Shown: positions 9,614 to 18,805 of the stretch, piece after piece
How the letters are laid out: each line of letters starts with the position of its first letter
Position numbering within the stretch: position 1 is the first letter of the stretch
Assembly: GCA_040755995.1 (NCBI GenBank)
Contig: JBFMAF010000024.1
Location: forward strand, 96,001-160,000
Origin: Acidobacteriota bacterium
GTDB taxonomy: Bacteria; Acidobacteriota; CAIWXX01
Reading direction: 5' to 3'
DNA length: 64,000 nt
Position numbers and translations under genes: made by a program
Notes under the pieces: model-generated
Seen by the model: only the letters and a program-made list of their open reading frames with translations
Told to the model about the DNA's origin: nothing
Database searches by the model: none

Positions 9614-9635
9614 ACTGGTCAGACCACTGACCAGT
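9614..9635. promoter_or_regulatory. FadR operator
   Basis: ACTGGTCAGACCACT matches the FadR box ACTGGTCnGACCAGT; also perfect inverted repeat ACTGGTCAG-N4-CTGACCAGT just downstream of the -10. Confidence 0.8.
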
Positions 9636-9658
9636 AACGGACTGATGGACTTGCGAGC

Positions 9659-10372
9659 ATGAACAACAACTGGGCGCCGCCAAAGCGGCCGACGGTCTAC
9701 GCGGAAGAAGCGCTGATCGAGGCCGTGCTGAACGGAAAGTACCCGCCTGGGAGCACGCTGCCTGGCGAACGCGACCTCGCCGTGCAGCTTGGCGTGACTC
9801 GACCGACCCTTCGTGAGGTGCTCCAACGCCTGGCGCGCGACGGCTGGTTGACCATACGGCACGGCAAGCCGACCGTGGTGAACGACTACTGGCGCGAGGG
9901 CGGCTTGAATGTCCTCAGCGGGCTCGTCCGGTACAACCGGGAGCTGCCGGTGGATTTCGTCCCCAATCTTCTCGAAGTTCGTCTCGCGATGGCGCCTGCA
10001 TATGCGAGGGCCGCCGTTGAACGATCGGCGCCTGCTGTGGTCGAGCTGCTCGCCGCCCACGCCGACTTGCCCGACACTTCCGAGGCCTTCGCGTCGTACG
10101 ACTGGGAGCTGCATCACACGCTGACCCTGGCCTCGCGCAACCCCGTCTACACACTGATGCTGAACGGGTTCGGCAGCTTCTACGCGCGCATGGCGCGTCT
10201 CTATTTCTCCAATCCGGGCGCGCGCGCTGTTTCGCGCCGATACTACCAGAACCTGCTTGATGCGGCGCGGCGTCATGACGGGATCGAGGCGGAACGGATC
10301 ACGCGCGCGGTGATGTTCGAGAGCATCAGCCTGTGGAAAGCGGCTGAAGCTCAGATGGGGGGTGCGGAATGA
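9659..10372 (+). CDS. fadR: Fatty-acid metabolism regulator FadR (GntR family)
   Basis: GVTRPTLREVLQRLARDGWLTIRHGKPTVVNDYW...GLNVL is near-identical to the E. coli FadR N-terminus; FadR-type C-terminal region (NPVYTLMLNGF). Confidence 0.9.
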   Translation: MNNNWAPPKRPTVYAEEALIEAVLNGKYPPGSTLPGERDLAVQLGVTRPTLREVLQRLARDGWLTIRHGKPTVVNDYWREGGLNVLSGLVRYNRELPVDFVPNLLEVRLAMAPAYARAAVERSAPAVVELLAAHADLPDTSEAFASYDWELHHTLTLASRNPVYTLMLNGFGSFYARMARLYFSNPGARAVSRRYYQNLLDAARRHDGIEAERITRAVMFESISLWKAAEAQMGGAE

Positions 10373-11961
10373 GACGCTGGAACGGCTGGGGCGACGACAC
10401 CATCACCTATCCTCTACCGGCGATAGCCTCCGGATTTCTGGGCAGCGCCGTCGGTGCGGGAACGCCTCCTGTTGACGCCGCGCTCGATCAGGTGTTGGCC
10501 GGCGTGCCGGCCTCGCGACTCCCTGCGCATCCTCTCGTATCCACCGATCCACTGGAGCGCGTGCGGCACGCGCGCGGGCAGAGCCTACCCGACTGGGTCG
10601 CGATGCGGTCCGGACGAGTCCCGGCATTTCCGGACGGGGTCTCGTACCCAACGACCCAAGACGATGTGCGCGAGCTGATCGCGTTTGCGAGGAGTGCGGA
10701 TGCACGGCTCATACCGTACGGTGGAGGCACCAGTGTGGTGGGTCACGTGAATGCAGAGCCCGGTGGCGCGCCGGTGCTCACGGTGGACCTGAGTCGAATC
10801 AGCCAGCTACTACGCCTGGATGGCGCGAGCCAGCTGGCGACATTCGGCGCCGGCATCAGCGGTCCGGATCTCGAAGCGCAGCTGCGCGCGCGGGGATTCA
10901 CGCTGGGGCACTTCCCGCAGTCCTTCGAGTACTCTACGCTCGGCGGTTGGGTCGTCACTCGCTCGAGCGGCCAGCAGTCGCTGGGCTATGGGCGCATCGA
11001 GCAGCTTTTTGCCGGTGGCCGGGTCCTGACTCCTGAGGGGACCCTCGACTTGCCTTCCTTCCCGGCGTCGGCTGCGGGGCCGGATCTTCGCGAGGCGGTC
11101 CTCGGCTCGGAGGGTCGCATGGGGATTCTCACCGAAGCGAGCGTGCGTGTGACGCCGCTGCCGGAACGCGAGGAGTTCCACGGAGTGTTCTTTCCCGATT
11201 GGGGACGCGCGATCGAGGGAGCCCGCGAGGTCGTTCAGTCGCGGCTTCCTCTGTCGATGCTTCGTCTCAGCACGCCGGTAGAGACCGAGACGACCATCGC
11301 GCTGGCGAGGCACAAGCGATTCATCGGTGCGCTCGAGACGCTTCTCTCCGCGCTCGGTGCCGGGTCGGAGAAGTGCCTTTTCATTCTGGGATTTCATGGT
11401 AACGATTCGGTCGTGCGGGCGTCGAGGAAGGAAGCCATCGGGATCGGCAGGAAGCACGGTGGCGTTCACGTGGGACAACTCTTCGGCAGGCTCTGGCACA
11501 AGAACCGTTTCCGAATGCCGTACCTGCGGAACAGCCTCTGGGAGCTCGGATACGCAGTTGACACGCTGGAGACCGCGACCACCTGGGCGAACGTACCGGC
11601 GATGCTGCCGTCGATTCATGATTCGCTCAGTCTCGCTCGTGCGGGAATCGACGAGAAGGTGCACGTCTTCTCGCATCTGTCGCATTGCTATCCCACAGGT
11701 TCGAGCATATACACAACGTATCTATTCCGGATCGCCCGGGACCCTGAGGAGACGTTGCATCGATGGCGGCTCCTCAAGTCGGCCGCGAGCAATACGATCG
11801 TGGCCAACGGAGGCACCATCAGCCACCAGCACGGCGTTGGTGCCGATCATCTCCCGTATCTGCGCGCCGAAAAGGGCGATCTCGGGATGAAGCTGATAAC
11901 GGGACTGTGTCGAGAGCTTGATCCACGGGGGCTGATGAACCCGGGCAAGCTCGTGGACTAG
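10369..11961 (+). CDS. FAD-linked oxidoreductase, alkyl-dihydroxyacetonephosphate synthase (AGPS)-like
   Basis: MRRWNGWG start, PYGGGTSV, GHFPQSFEYSTLGGW, SHQHGVG, NPGKL; ATGA overlap with fadR. Confidence 0.88.
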   Translation: MRRWNGWGDDTITYPLPAIASGFLGSAVGAGTPPVDAALDQVLAGVPASRLPAHPLVSTDPLERVRHARGQSLPDWVAMRSGRVPAFPDGVSYPTTQDDVRELIAFARSADARLIPYGGGTSVVGHVNAEPGGAPVLTVDLSRISQLLRLDGASQLATFGAGISGPDLEAQLRARGFTLGHFPQSFEYSTLGGWVVTRSSGQQSLGYGRIEQLFAGGRVLTPEGTLDLPSFPASAAGPDLREAVLGSEGRMGILTEASVRVTPLPEREEFHGVFFPDWGRAIEGAREVVQSRLPLSMLRLSTPVETETTIALARHKRFIGALETLLSALGAGSEKCLFILGFHGNDSVVRASRKEAIGIGRKHGGVHVGQLFGRLWHKNRFRMPYLRNSLWELGYAVDTLETATTWANVPAMLPSIHDSLSLARAGIDEKVHVFSHLSHCYPTGSSIYTTYLFRIARDPEETLHRWRLLKSAASNTIVANGGTISHQHGVGADHLPYLRAEKGDLGMKLITGLCRELDPRGLMNPGKLVD

Positions 11962-11975
11962 AGCGGAGGTGTGAG

Positions 11976-13688
11976 ATGGAAAGAAACGAGATCTGGGCCA
12001 GTCTCGATCGGCCCTGGGACATACTGGTCGTCGGGGGAGGCATCACTGGAGCCGGAATCTTGCGCGAAGCCGCGCGACTCGGACTGCGCGCCCTTTTGGT
12101 CGAGCAGGGTGATTTCGCGTCGGGCACCTCCAGCCGCTCCTCGAAGCTCGTGCACGGCGGGCTGCGCTATCTCAAGGAAGGCAAGCTCTTGCTTACGTGG
12201 GAGTCGGTGCAGGAGCGCGAGAGGCTGCTCGGCGAAGCCCCCGGCCTCATCGATCCGCTCGGGTTCCTGCTGGCCACCTACCAGGGCGATCAGCCCGGCC
12301 GCTGGACGTTTAGCGCGGGCCTGACCGTATACGATCTGCTGGCGCTCAACTGGAGCCACCAGCACTACGGCGCCGAGGACTTCCAGATGCTCGCCCCGCG
12401 CCTCGACCAGGAAGGGCTGCAGGGCGGTTTCCGCTACGGGGACGCGCAGACCGATGACGCGCGCCTGGTGCTGAGGGTCATCCGCGAGGCCGTTGCCGAC
12501 GGCGGAGTGGCGCAGAACCATGTTGCTGCCGAGGAGCTGCTTCGCGAAAACGGCAATGTCACAGGGGCTCGGCTTCGAGATCGCATCACGGGCCGCGTGC
12601 AGGATGTGCGGGCCACGGTCGTGATGAATGCCACCGGTGCATGGGCCGACCAGCTGCGCGGCCAGATCGGCGCGGACGCACGCATCCGTCCGCTTCGGGG
12701 CAGCCACCTCATATTTCCCGCATGGCGATTGCGCGTTGCGCAGGCTCTGACGCTGCTCCACCCTCTCGACCGCCGCCCGGTATTCGTCCTCCCGTGGGAG
12801 GGGGTCACGATGGTGGGGACCACCGACGTCGATCACACCGAGCCGCTGGACCGCGAGCCGTCGGTGAGCCCCGAGGAGGTCGCCTACCTGATGGCCGTCG
12901 TCTGCGCGCGGTTCCCATCGTTGAACCTCGGGCTGAGCGACGTGATCTCGACTTTCAGCGGCGTACGGCCGGTAATCGGCACCGGCAAGGAGGACCCCTC
13001 CAAGGAGTCGCGCGACCATGTCATCTGGGAGGAGAACGGGCTCTTGACCGTGACCGGCGGCAAGCTCACGACCTTTCGCCTGATCGCGCTCGACGCGCTT
13101 GACGCGGTGCGGCATCGACTCCCAGACACGCCCCCTCCGGACCGCGCCAGGCCCGTGCTCAACCCGGTTCAGCTCGCCCTGCCCCACGATGTGCGACTGC
13201 CGGACACCGACTGGAGGCGCCTTCTGGGGCGGTACGGTGCCGATGCGCCGTCGGTCGTCGAGTCGGCAAGGCCGGGAGAGCTGGAGCGCGTCCCTGGAAC
13301 ACCCGTCTTCTGGGCCGAGCTGCGGTGGGCGGCGCGCGCCGAGTCCGTCGTGCACCTGGACGATCTTCTGCTGCGACGGGTGCGTCTGGGGCTGCTGGCG
13401 CCGGAGGGGGGCAGGGAGCATCTCCCCAACAGGATCCGGGCGATCTGCCAGGAGGAGCTCGGATGGGATGACAGGCGGTGGGCCGAGGAACAGAGCGCGT
13501 ACATCGAGCGGTGGAACGCACACTACGGCCTGCCCCGCTCGTCGTCGGTGCCCGACTGGCGAGCCTCCATCGCCACGGCGAAGAAGCGGAAACTCTCAGA
13601 CGTCTCGCGCCGGCTGCGCAAGGTGATGTCGGTCTTCGCCGGAGTCATCGGGGCGGTTGCCCTCGTGCTCGCCTGGCTCCGCTGGTAG
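11976..13688 (+). CDS. Glycerol-3-phosphate dehydrogenase/oxidase family (GlpD-like) with C-terminal TM tail
   Basis: GGGITGAG, GTSSRSSKLVHGGLRY, GGKLTT, LDDLLLRR motifs. Confidence 0.9.
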   Translation: MERNEIWASLDRPWDILVVGGGITGAGILREAARLGLRALLVEQGDFASGTSSRSSKLVHGGLRYLKEGKLLLTWESVQERERLLGEAPGLIDPLGFLLATYQGDQPGRWTFSAGLTVYDLLALNWSHQHYGAEDFQMLAPRLDQEGLQGGFRYGDAQTDDARLVLRVIREAVADGGVAQNHVAAEELLRENGNVTGARLRDRITGRVQDVRATVVMNATGAWADQLRGQIGADARIRPLRGSHLIFPAWRLRVAQALTLLHPLDRRPVFVLPWEGVTMVGTTDVDHTEPLDREPSVSPEEVAYLMAVVCARFPSLNLGLSDVISTFSGVRPVIGTGKEDPSKESRDHVIWEENGLLTVTGGKLTTFRLIALDALDAVRHRLPDTPPPDRARPVLNPVQLALPHDVRLPDTDWRRLLGRYGADAPSVVESARPGELERVPGTPVFWAELRWAARAESVVHLDDLLLRRVRLGLLAPEGGREHLPNRIRAICQEELGWDDRRWAEEQSAYIERWNAHYGLPRSSSVPDWRASIATAKKRKLSDVSRRLRKVMSVFAGVIGAVALVLAWLRW

Positions 13689-13776
13689 CTGGTTCCGCGG
13701 GGCCTCGGCGGAGGACTCGCCGTGAACGTCTGCGTCTACGTCAACGTTCGCGGCACGCATCAGATGTCCGGATTGT

Positions 13777-13788
13777 CGCGCCTCGCTA
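13777..13788. repeat. Partial copy of GCGCCTCGCTA intergenic motif
   Basis: CGCGCCTCGCTA(G), preceded by GCACGCATCA...GTCCG resembling the copy at 41943-41976. Confidence 0.5.
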
Positions 13789-13827
13789 GACTTCGCGGGT
13801 GTTTCGTGGGAAGATGGGCGCGTTCCA

Positions 13828-15390
13828 ATGAGCGGCGAGTACATCCTCGCGATTGACAACGGCACGCAGAGCGTTCGCGCGCTGCTGTTCGACCTGAAGG
13901 GGAATCTGGTCTGCAAGTCACGCGTGCCGATAGAGCCATACGTATCGCCGAAGCCCGGTTGGGCCGAGCAGAGCCCCGAGTACTACTGGGAATCGCTGTC
14001 GAAGGCATGCCAGGAGGTGTGGCAGCGGTGCGAAGTCAGCCGGGAAGCCGTAGCGGGCGTGGCGCTCACTACACAACGCGCGACCATGGTCAACCTCGAT
14101 CGCAGCGGCCGGCCGCTGCGCCCGGCGATTGTCTGGCTGGACCAGCGGCGGACGGAGGGACTCAGGCCCGTCGGAGGTGTCTGGGGTCTGGCGTTCAAGC
14201 TGGCGCGCATGTCCGCGACCGTAGCGCACTTCCAGGCCGAGGCCGAGGCGAACTGGATTCGCTCGCATCAGCCGGATGTCTGGAAGAACACGCACAAGTA
14301 CCTGCTCTTGTCAGGATACCTGACCCACCGCCTCACAGGACGCTTCGTCGATTCAGTCGGATGCCAGGTCGGGTACATCCCGTTCGACTACAAGCGGCTG
14401 AAATGGGCCGACGCCAACGACTGGAAGTGGCAGGCGATCGCTGTCGAGCCCGGGCAGCTTCCGGAGCTCGTGCTGCCCTCCGGCCGCCTCGGCGAGATCA
14501 CGGCCGAGGCGTCCGATGCGACGGGAATCCCGCGTGGATTACCGCTCATCGCCGCCGCGGCGGACAAAGCGTGCGAGGTAATCGGAGCAGGCTGCCTGGA
14601 ACCGCACGTGGCGTGCCTGAGCTACGGTACGACGGCCACGATCAACACGACGCACCGCAGGTACGTCGAGCCCATGTCATACATCCCGCCGTACCCGGCC
14701 GCCCTGCCGCACGCATACAGTATGGAGATCCAGATATACCGCGGGTACTGGATGGTGAGCTGGTTCAAGCAGGAGTTCGGACATCGTGAGCAACAGATAG
14801 CGCGGGAGCGCGGCATAGAGCCGGAGGCGTTGTTCGACGAGCTGGTCGACCAGGTGCCGCCGGGCTCGATGGGGCTTGTCTTGCAGCCGTACTGGTCGCC
14901 GGGTGTTCGGGTGCCCGGCCCCGAGGCCAAGGGGGCCATGATCGGATTCGGCGACGTGCACACCAGGGCGCACGTCTACCGCGCGATAATCGAAGGACTC
15001 GCCTATGCGCTGCGGGACGGAAAGGAGCGGTCGGAACGCCGCGCGAAGGTGCGGATCAGCGAGCTGCGCGTGGCGGGGGGCGGATCGCAGAGCGATGCCG
15101 CGATGCAGATCACGGCCGATGTGTTCGGCCTGCCCACGGCGCGCCCGCACGTCTACGAGGCGTCCGGCTTGGGTGCGGCGGTCGATGCCGCCGTCGGACT
15201 CGGCATCTATTCCGACTTCGGACATGCGGTCAGGGAGATGACTCGAATCGGCCGAGTCTTCGAGCCCGATCAGCGCGTCTCGAAAACGTATGACGATCTC
15301 TACCGTCGTGTCTACGGGCAAATGTACGCGCGACTGAAGCCGCTTTACGAGCAGATCCGCGACATCACAGGCTACCCTGCGCGAAAATGA
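13828..15390 (+). CDS. FGGY-family carbohydrate/glycerol kinase
   Basis: [28 protein letters not shown] motifs. Confidence 0.92.
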   Translation: MSGEYILAIDNGTQSVRALLFDLKGNLVCKSRVPIEPYVSPKPGWAEQSPEYYWESLSKACQEVWQRCEVSREAVAGVALTTQRATMVNLDRSGRPLRPAIVWLDQRRTEGLRPVGGVWGLAFKLARMSATVAHFQAEAEANWIRSHQPDVWKNTHKYLLLSGYLTHRLTGRFVDSVGCQVGYIPFDYKRLKWADANDWKWQAIAVEPGQLPELVLPSGRLGEITAEASDATGIPRGLPLIAAAADKACEVIGAGCLEPHVACLSYGTTATINTTHRRYVEPMSYIPPYPAALPHAYSMEIQIYRGYWMVSWFKQEFGHREQQIARERGIEPEALFDELVDQVPPGSMGLVLQPYWSPGVRVPGPEAKGAMIGFGDVHTRAHVYRAIIEGLAYALRDGKERSERRAKVRISELRVAGGGSQSDAAMQITADVFGLPTARPHVYEASGLGAAVDAAVGLGIYSDFGHAVREMTRIGRVFEPDQRVSKTYDDLYRRVYGQMYARLKPLYEQIRDITGYPARK

Positions 15391-15402
15391 CCTCGGTCGT
15401 CT

Positions 15403-15500
15403 CCGTACTCCTTCCCGTACCTGTACCCGTTCCCGTGCCCGATCACGGCCACAGGCCGGTGCGGGTACGCATTCCGGCCTTCGGCCTGGGTACGGGTAGG
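15403..15500. repeat. Hexamer-repeat hairpin (CCGTAC/TACCCG ... GGGTAC)
   Basis: CCGTACTCCTTCCCGTACCTGTACCCGTTCCCG followed by complementary GGGTACG...GGGTACGGGTAGG. Confidence 0.55.
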
Positions 15501-15511
15501 TCAGGAGCTCC

Positions 15512-15535
15512 TCGGTCCCAGGCCGCGCCTCGCTA
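15512..15535. repeat. Copy of intergenic TA-terminated motif
   Basis: TCGGTCCCAGGCCGCGCCTCGCTA, 23/24 identical to 41953-41976. Confidence 0.75.
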
Positions 15536-15536
15536 A

Positions 15537-16415
15537 ATGCACCTTGCGCGCTTCGCTTCGCCACAGACCGCGAAAGACTACTGGGCGTCACATTATTCCA
15601 TGCTGATGTTGCTCCCACGCGAAGCGCTCAGAGGACTCTACTCGCTCTCACCGGCGCACGTGCTTGCCGCCAGGAAGCTGCCTGCAAGAGGGAGAATACT
15701 CGATGCCGGTTGCGGGTTTGGACCGGTCTCGATACTCAACCCTCGAGCATCGAGCGCGATCGTCGGAATCGACAGCTCTCGTGAGCTGATTCGAATCGCC
15801 GCGCGACTCTCTCCAGAATCCATGTTCCAAGTCGGCTCGATCTGTTCTCTCCCGTACCCATCCACCTCGTTCGACATGTACATGGGGATCTCATCGCTGG
15901 AGCTCGTTCAGGAAGGGCTTGGCCCACCGCTCGACGAGGCGTTTCGTGTGCTGAAGAAAGGCGGCCGCCTGATGATCGTCTGTCCCAGATTGCAGCCCGA
16001 CTGGGTGTCGCACGGATTCAGATGGACGGATTCGACGGTTGGACGCCTGATGCTGTACAGGGTGTCCGGCGCCCGCAGCCCACTGCCCGCCGACGGGTAC
16101 GGGTATTACTACTCGCTCAGGGAGCTCTGCGATGCCACGAGGGCGGTGGGATTCGCGGAAGTCAGAGGATCTCGCGCGGACATGCTCGGAGGACTCTGCT
16201 ACGGCCGTATGCTGGGGAGGAGGCTGCGGCGCGTACTATTCCCCTCCACCCTCGCGGTGAAGGCGCGCGAGACCGAGCGCCTGGATGGTCTCCTGCGGAA
16301 GCTGGGCCGGGGGATGTTCGACTATGAAGTCGGTCACCTGGAAGGCGATCCCTTGACGTGGTTGGGCCGGCTGATGTGGAGCTTCTGGAACGTCGTGTGG
16401 GCTACACGCCCGTAG
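15537..16415 (+). CDS. Class I SAM-dependent methyltransferase
   Basis: ILDAGCGFG, GIDSS, LPYPSTSFD, RVLKKGG motifs; start uncertain (no RBS). Confidence 0.8.
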   Translation: MHLARFASPQTAKDYWASHYSMLMLLPREALRGLYSLSPAHVLAARKLPARGRILDAGCGFGPVSILNPRASSAIVGIDSSRELIRIAARLSPESMFQVGSICSLPYPSTSFDMYMGISSLELVQEGLGPPLDEAFRVLKKGGRLMIVCPRLQPDWVSHGFRWTDSTVGRLMLYRVSGARSPLPADGYGYYYSLRELCDATRAVGFAEVRGSRADMLGGLCYGRMLGRRLRRVLFPSTLAVKARETERLDGLLRKLGRGMFDYEVGHLEGDPLTWLGRLMWSFWNVVWATRP

Positions 16416-16590
16416 TTCCGTCGACGAGGCAACTCCTCCCCAAGCTCCCAGGCTCCAGGGTCGCAAAACAGCGGCTAGACTCGCCGTAACTGACTCCTGG
16501 CCGCTGGGGCGCACAGCTCTTGGGCCTGGTCACCGCGTCTACGTGTCTCCGCGTCCGTTCCCACGACGAGAAGGCGCGCGAGCACGCCGA

Positions 16591-17037
16591 CTACAGCTTC
16601 AAGTACTCCGACACCCTGGCGTCGACGCGATCCGGCAGGAATTCTGCCAGCAGGCTCTCGGAGCTCGCGAGCACCTGGTCGAGGGGTTCCGTTCCCTTCC
16701 AATGACGGGCGAGGTTCGCGGCACCGATCTCGAGCTCAATCCTGCGCAGCCCGCGGACGCTCACCGCCAGGTCATCCATGTAACCCTGAGCGACGGGCGT
16801 TGCCTCGGCGATGTAATCCAGGCAGGAGAAGACATAGAAAGCCAGGCTTCCCGCGTAGTGCCGGACGGAATGCGGCAGACCCATGTCGAAGGCAAGGTGC
16901 CACAGGAGGCGGTAGAAGTCAGGCAGACTTCTGAGTCGATCGAACGCCACACCTGAGTGGGCTTCCCGGAGCATCGCGATGCGGGTCTCGATGTCAGCCG
17001 CGAGCTCCCTGGCGTATCTCGATTCTCCGTTCGTCAT
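16591..17037 (-). CDS. DUF1232/YkvA-like protein
   Basis: YVFSCLDYIAEATPVAQGYMDDL resembles the YkvA motif YxxSPxDxIPDxxPxxGyxDD. Confidence 0.65.
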   Translation of the reverse strand: MTNGESRYARELAADIETRIAMLREAHSGVAFDRLRSLPDFYRLLWHLAFDMGLPHSVRHYAGSLAFYVFSCLDYIAEATPVAQGYMDDLAVSVRGLRRIELEIGAANLARHWKGTEPLDQVLASSESLLAEFLPDRVDARVSEYLKL

Positions 17038-17121
17038 TTGTCTACCCCTCGTGCGCTCAATCGACGGCCCGGTGACCCGAGGGCGGCTCGGGCCGCCGGG
17101 GCCGTGTGGATCGAACGTGAT

Positions 17122-17805
17122 CTATTCCACGCGCGAGGCGAACTTGATGAGCTGGTCCTTGAGCTGCGTGACCGCGGCGTTGGTGGCCTCGCCGAGGATC
17201 GTTTCCTGGAAATTGGAGCTGCCGATGTCCAGGGTCGCGCCGCCGCCTGCACCACCGCCGCCGACGCCGCCGAGCAGCAGGCCGGACCGCTTGCTCTCGC
17301 CCTTTGCCTTGGCGCTGCCGAGGATCTCACCGGTCTTGACGTCGATCAGCCGCGCGGTGATCTGGACCACCGCCTTGTCCTTCTTGGTGCCGACCGAACC
17401 GATCCCGAACCCGCCTCCGCCCCAGCCGCCGCCGCTGACACCGATATTCTTGCTATCGAAGCCGAACGTCGTGATGCTCCCGGTGATCATGGCCTGGACG
17501 CCGGCCATCTTGCCGAGTTTCACTGCGGTGGCGGAGTCCGCGCGGTCCGAGTTCGAGAAGTCCTGCTCGGCCAGAAGCTTGTCCAGTATCTTGCGCTCGT
17601 AAACAGAATATGTGCCGTCGTTCACGAGCTCATCGACCAACAGGTCGGAAATGCCCTTGCCCACGTCGTAGTCATTGGACCACCAGCGCTGCACCGTGCC
17701 GTAGTCGAAGTCCATCACGGCGACCTTGGGCCCCTTGGCATAGCTGAGCGCAGGCAGCAGCATCGCCGCGAGCGCCACGATTCCAAACACACGAAAAACT
17801 CTCAT
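17122..17805 (-). CDS. CsgG/HfaB family secreted protein
   Basis: AGGAGG RBS, signal peptide, KVAVMDF, YERKILDKLLAEQ, GSIT, RLIDVKTGEIL. Confidence 0.85.
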   Translation of the reverse strand: MRVFRVFGIVALAAMLLPALSYAKGPKVAVMDFDYGTVQRWWSNDYDVGKGISDLLVDELVNDGTYSVYERKILDKLLAEQDFSNSDRADSATAVKLGKMAGVQAMITGSITTFGFDSKNIGVSGGGWGGGGFGIGSVGTKKDKAVVQITARLIDVKTGEILGSAKAKGESKRSGLLLGGVGGGGAGGGATLDIGSSNFQETILGEATNAAVTQLKDQLIKFASRVE

Positions 17806-17860
17806 CGTCCTCCTCCTAAGCTTCGTTGGTTGTGGTAACACCATCACGCATGCACACCGG

Positions 17861-17890
17861 AATATAAAGCCCCGTCAAGCCGGGTGTCAA
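17861..17890 (-). promoter_or_regulatory. Putative sigma70 promoter of the CsgG-like gene
   Basis: Minus strand TTGACA, 18 bp, TATATT. Confidence 0.55.
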
Positions 17891-17928
17891 GCCGGGGTGC
17901 ACTGAACCACTGAATGAACCCAGATCCG

Positions 17929-17957
17929 TTGACAGGATAGGACCCCTCTGTTAGATT
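17929..17957 (+). promoter_or_regulatory. Putative sigma70 promoter of the parA-like operon
   Basis: TTGACA, 17 bp, TAGATT with extended TG. Confidence 0.65.
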
Positions 17958-17989
17958 CGACAGAAGCGAATGACCTCCAAGGGGTGTAA

Positions 17990-18805
17990 ATGAAGAACAT
18001 CATCACGCTGGTTAGCTCAAAGGGTGGCACGGGGAAGACCACTGTCGCTTTGAATCTGGCGGTTGCATTCGCCGAGCGCGGCCGGCAGACGCTGCTCATG
18101 GACCTGGATCCGCAGGGTGCGATCGGCCTGTCATTGGCAAAGGGGGACACCGAGTGGATCGGTCTCGCAGAGTACCTTGTGGGACAGGCGAGCCTCGACG
18201 AAGCGATTCTGCAGACCAAGCTCCCCTCGCTGTCACTCCTGCCGCGGGGCCGCCTGGATCCAATGGATGTTCCGATGTACGAGCAGGCACTTCATTCGAG
18301 CGCCGCGCTCAGCAACCTGCTCGCGCGTCTCGATGGGCGCTATCACGTCGTGATACTGGACAATCCGTCCGGGTTCGGGCTGGTGCCGCGCGCCTCGCTC
18401 TCAGTCGCTGACTTCGCGGTCATCCCGCTGCAGGCCGAGGCGCTGGCGCTGCGTTCGATTCTGCAGATCCTGCGGGTGATCGATGGAGTCCGCGATCGAG
18501 ACAACCCGCGTCTTCGGCTGCTCGGCATCTTGCCCACCATGGTCCAGCTCCGACACCAAAGCTCCTTCAACGTCATCAGCCAGGTCTGGTCGGGGTTCGG
18601 CGGATGCCTCGAGACTTACATACCGTTTGCGGAGGTGTTCACGACAGCCAGTGCGCAGGGGCTGCCGGTGGCATTCCTGGACGGGCCGCTCCACCCCGAG
18701 GCAACCCGCTTTGATATGCTGGCTGCGGAGTTGGAACAGGTCATGGTGCGTCAGAAGCGGGAGATCGGAGAGCTGTATGAAAGACCTCGGCGTGAACTTG
18801 TCTGA
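17990..18805 (+). CDS. ParA/Soj/MinD family ATPase (orphan)
   Basis: Deviant Walker A KGGTGKTT, DLDPQG, ILDNP, LGILPTM. Confidence 0.92.
   Translation: MKNIITLVSSKGGTGKTTVALNLAVAFAERGRQTLLMDLDPQGAIGLSLAKGDTEWIGLAEYLVGQASLDEAILQTKLPSLSLLPRGRLDPMDVPMYEQALHSSAALSNLLARLDGRYHVVILDNPSGFGLVPRASLSVADFAVIPLQAEALALRSILQILRVIDGVRDRDNPRLRLLGILPTMVQLRHQSSFNVISQVWSGFGGCLETYIPFAEVFTTASAQGLPVAFLDGPLHPEATRFDMLAAELEQVMVRQKREIGELYERPRRELV

Noticed and set aside
17122..17805. CsgG-like gene as evidence of a curli system
   Set aside because: No csgA/B/E/F-like genes nearby; stand-alone CsgG-family proteins are common
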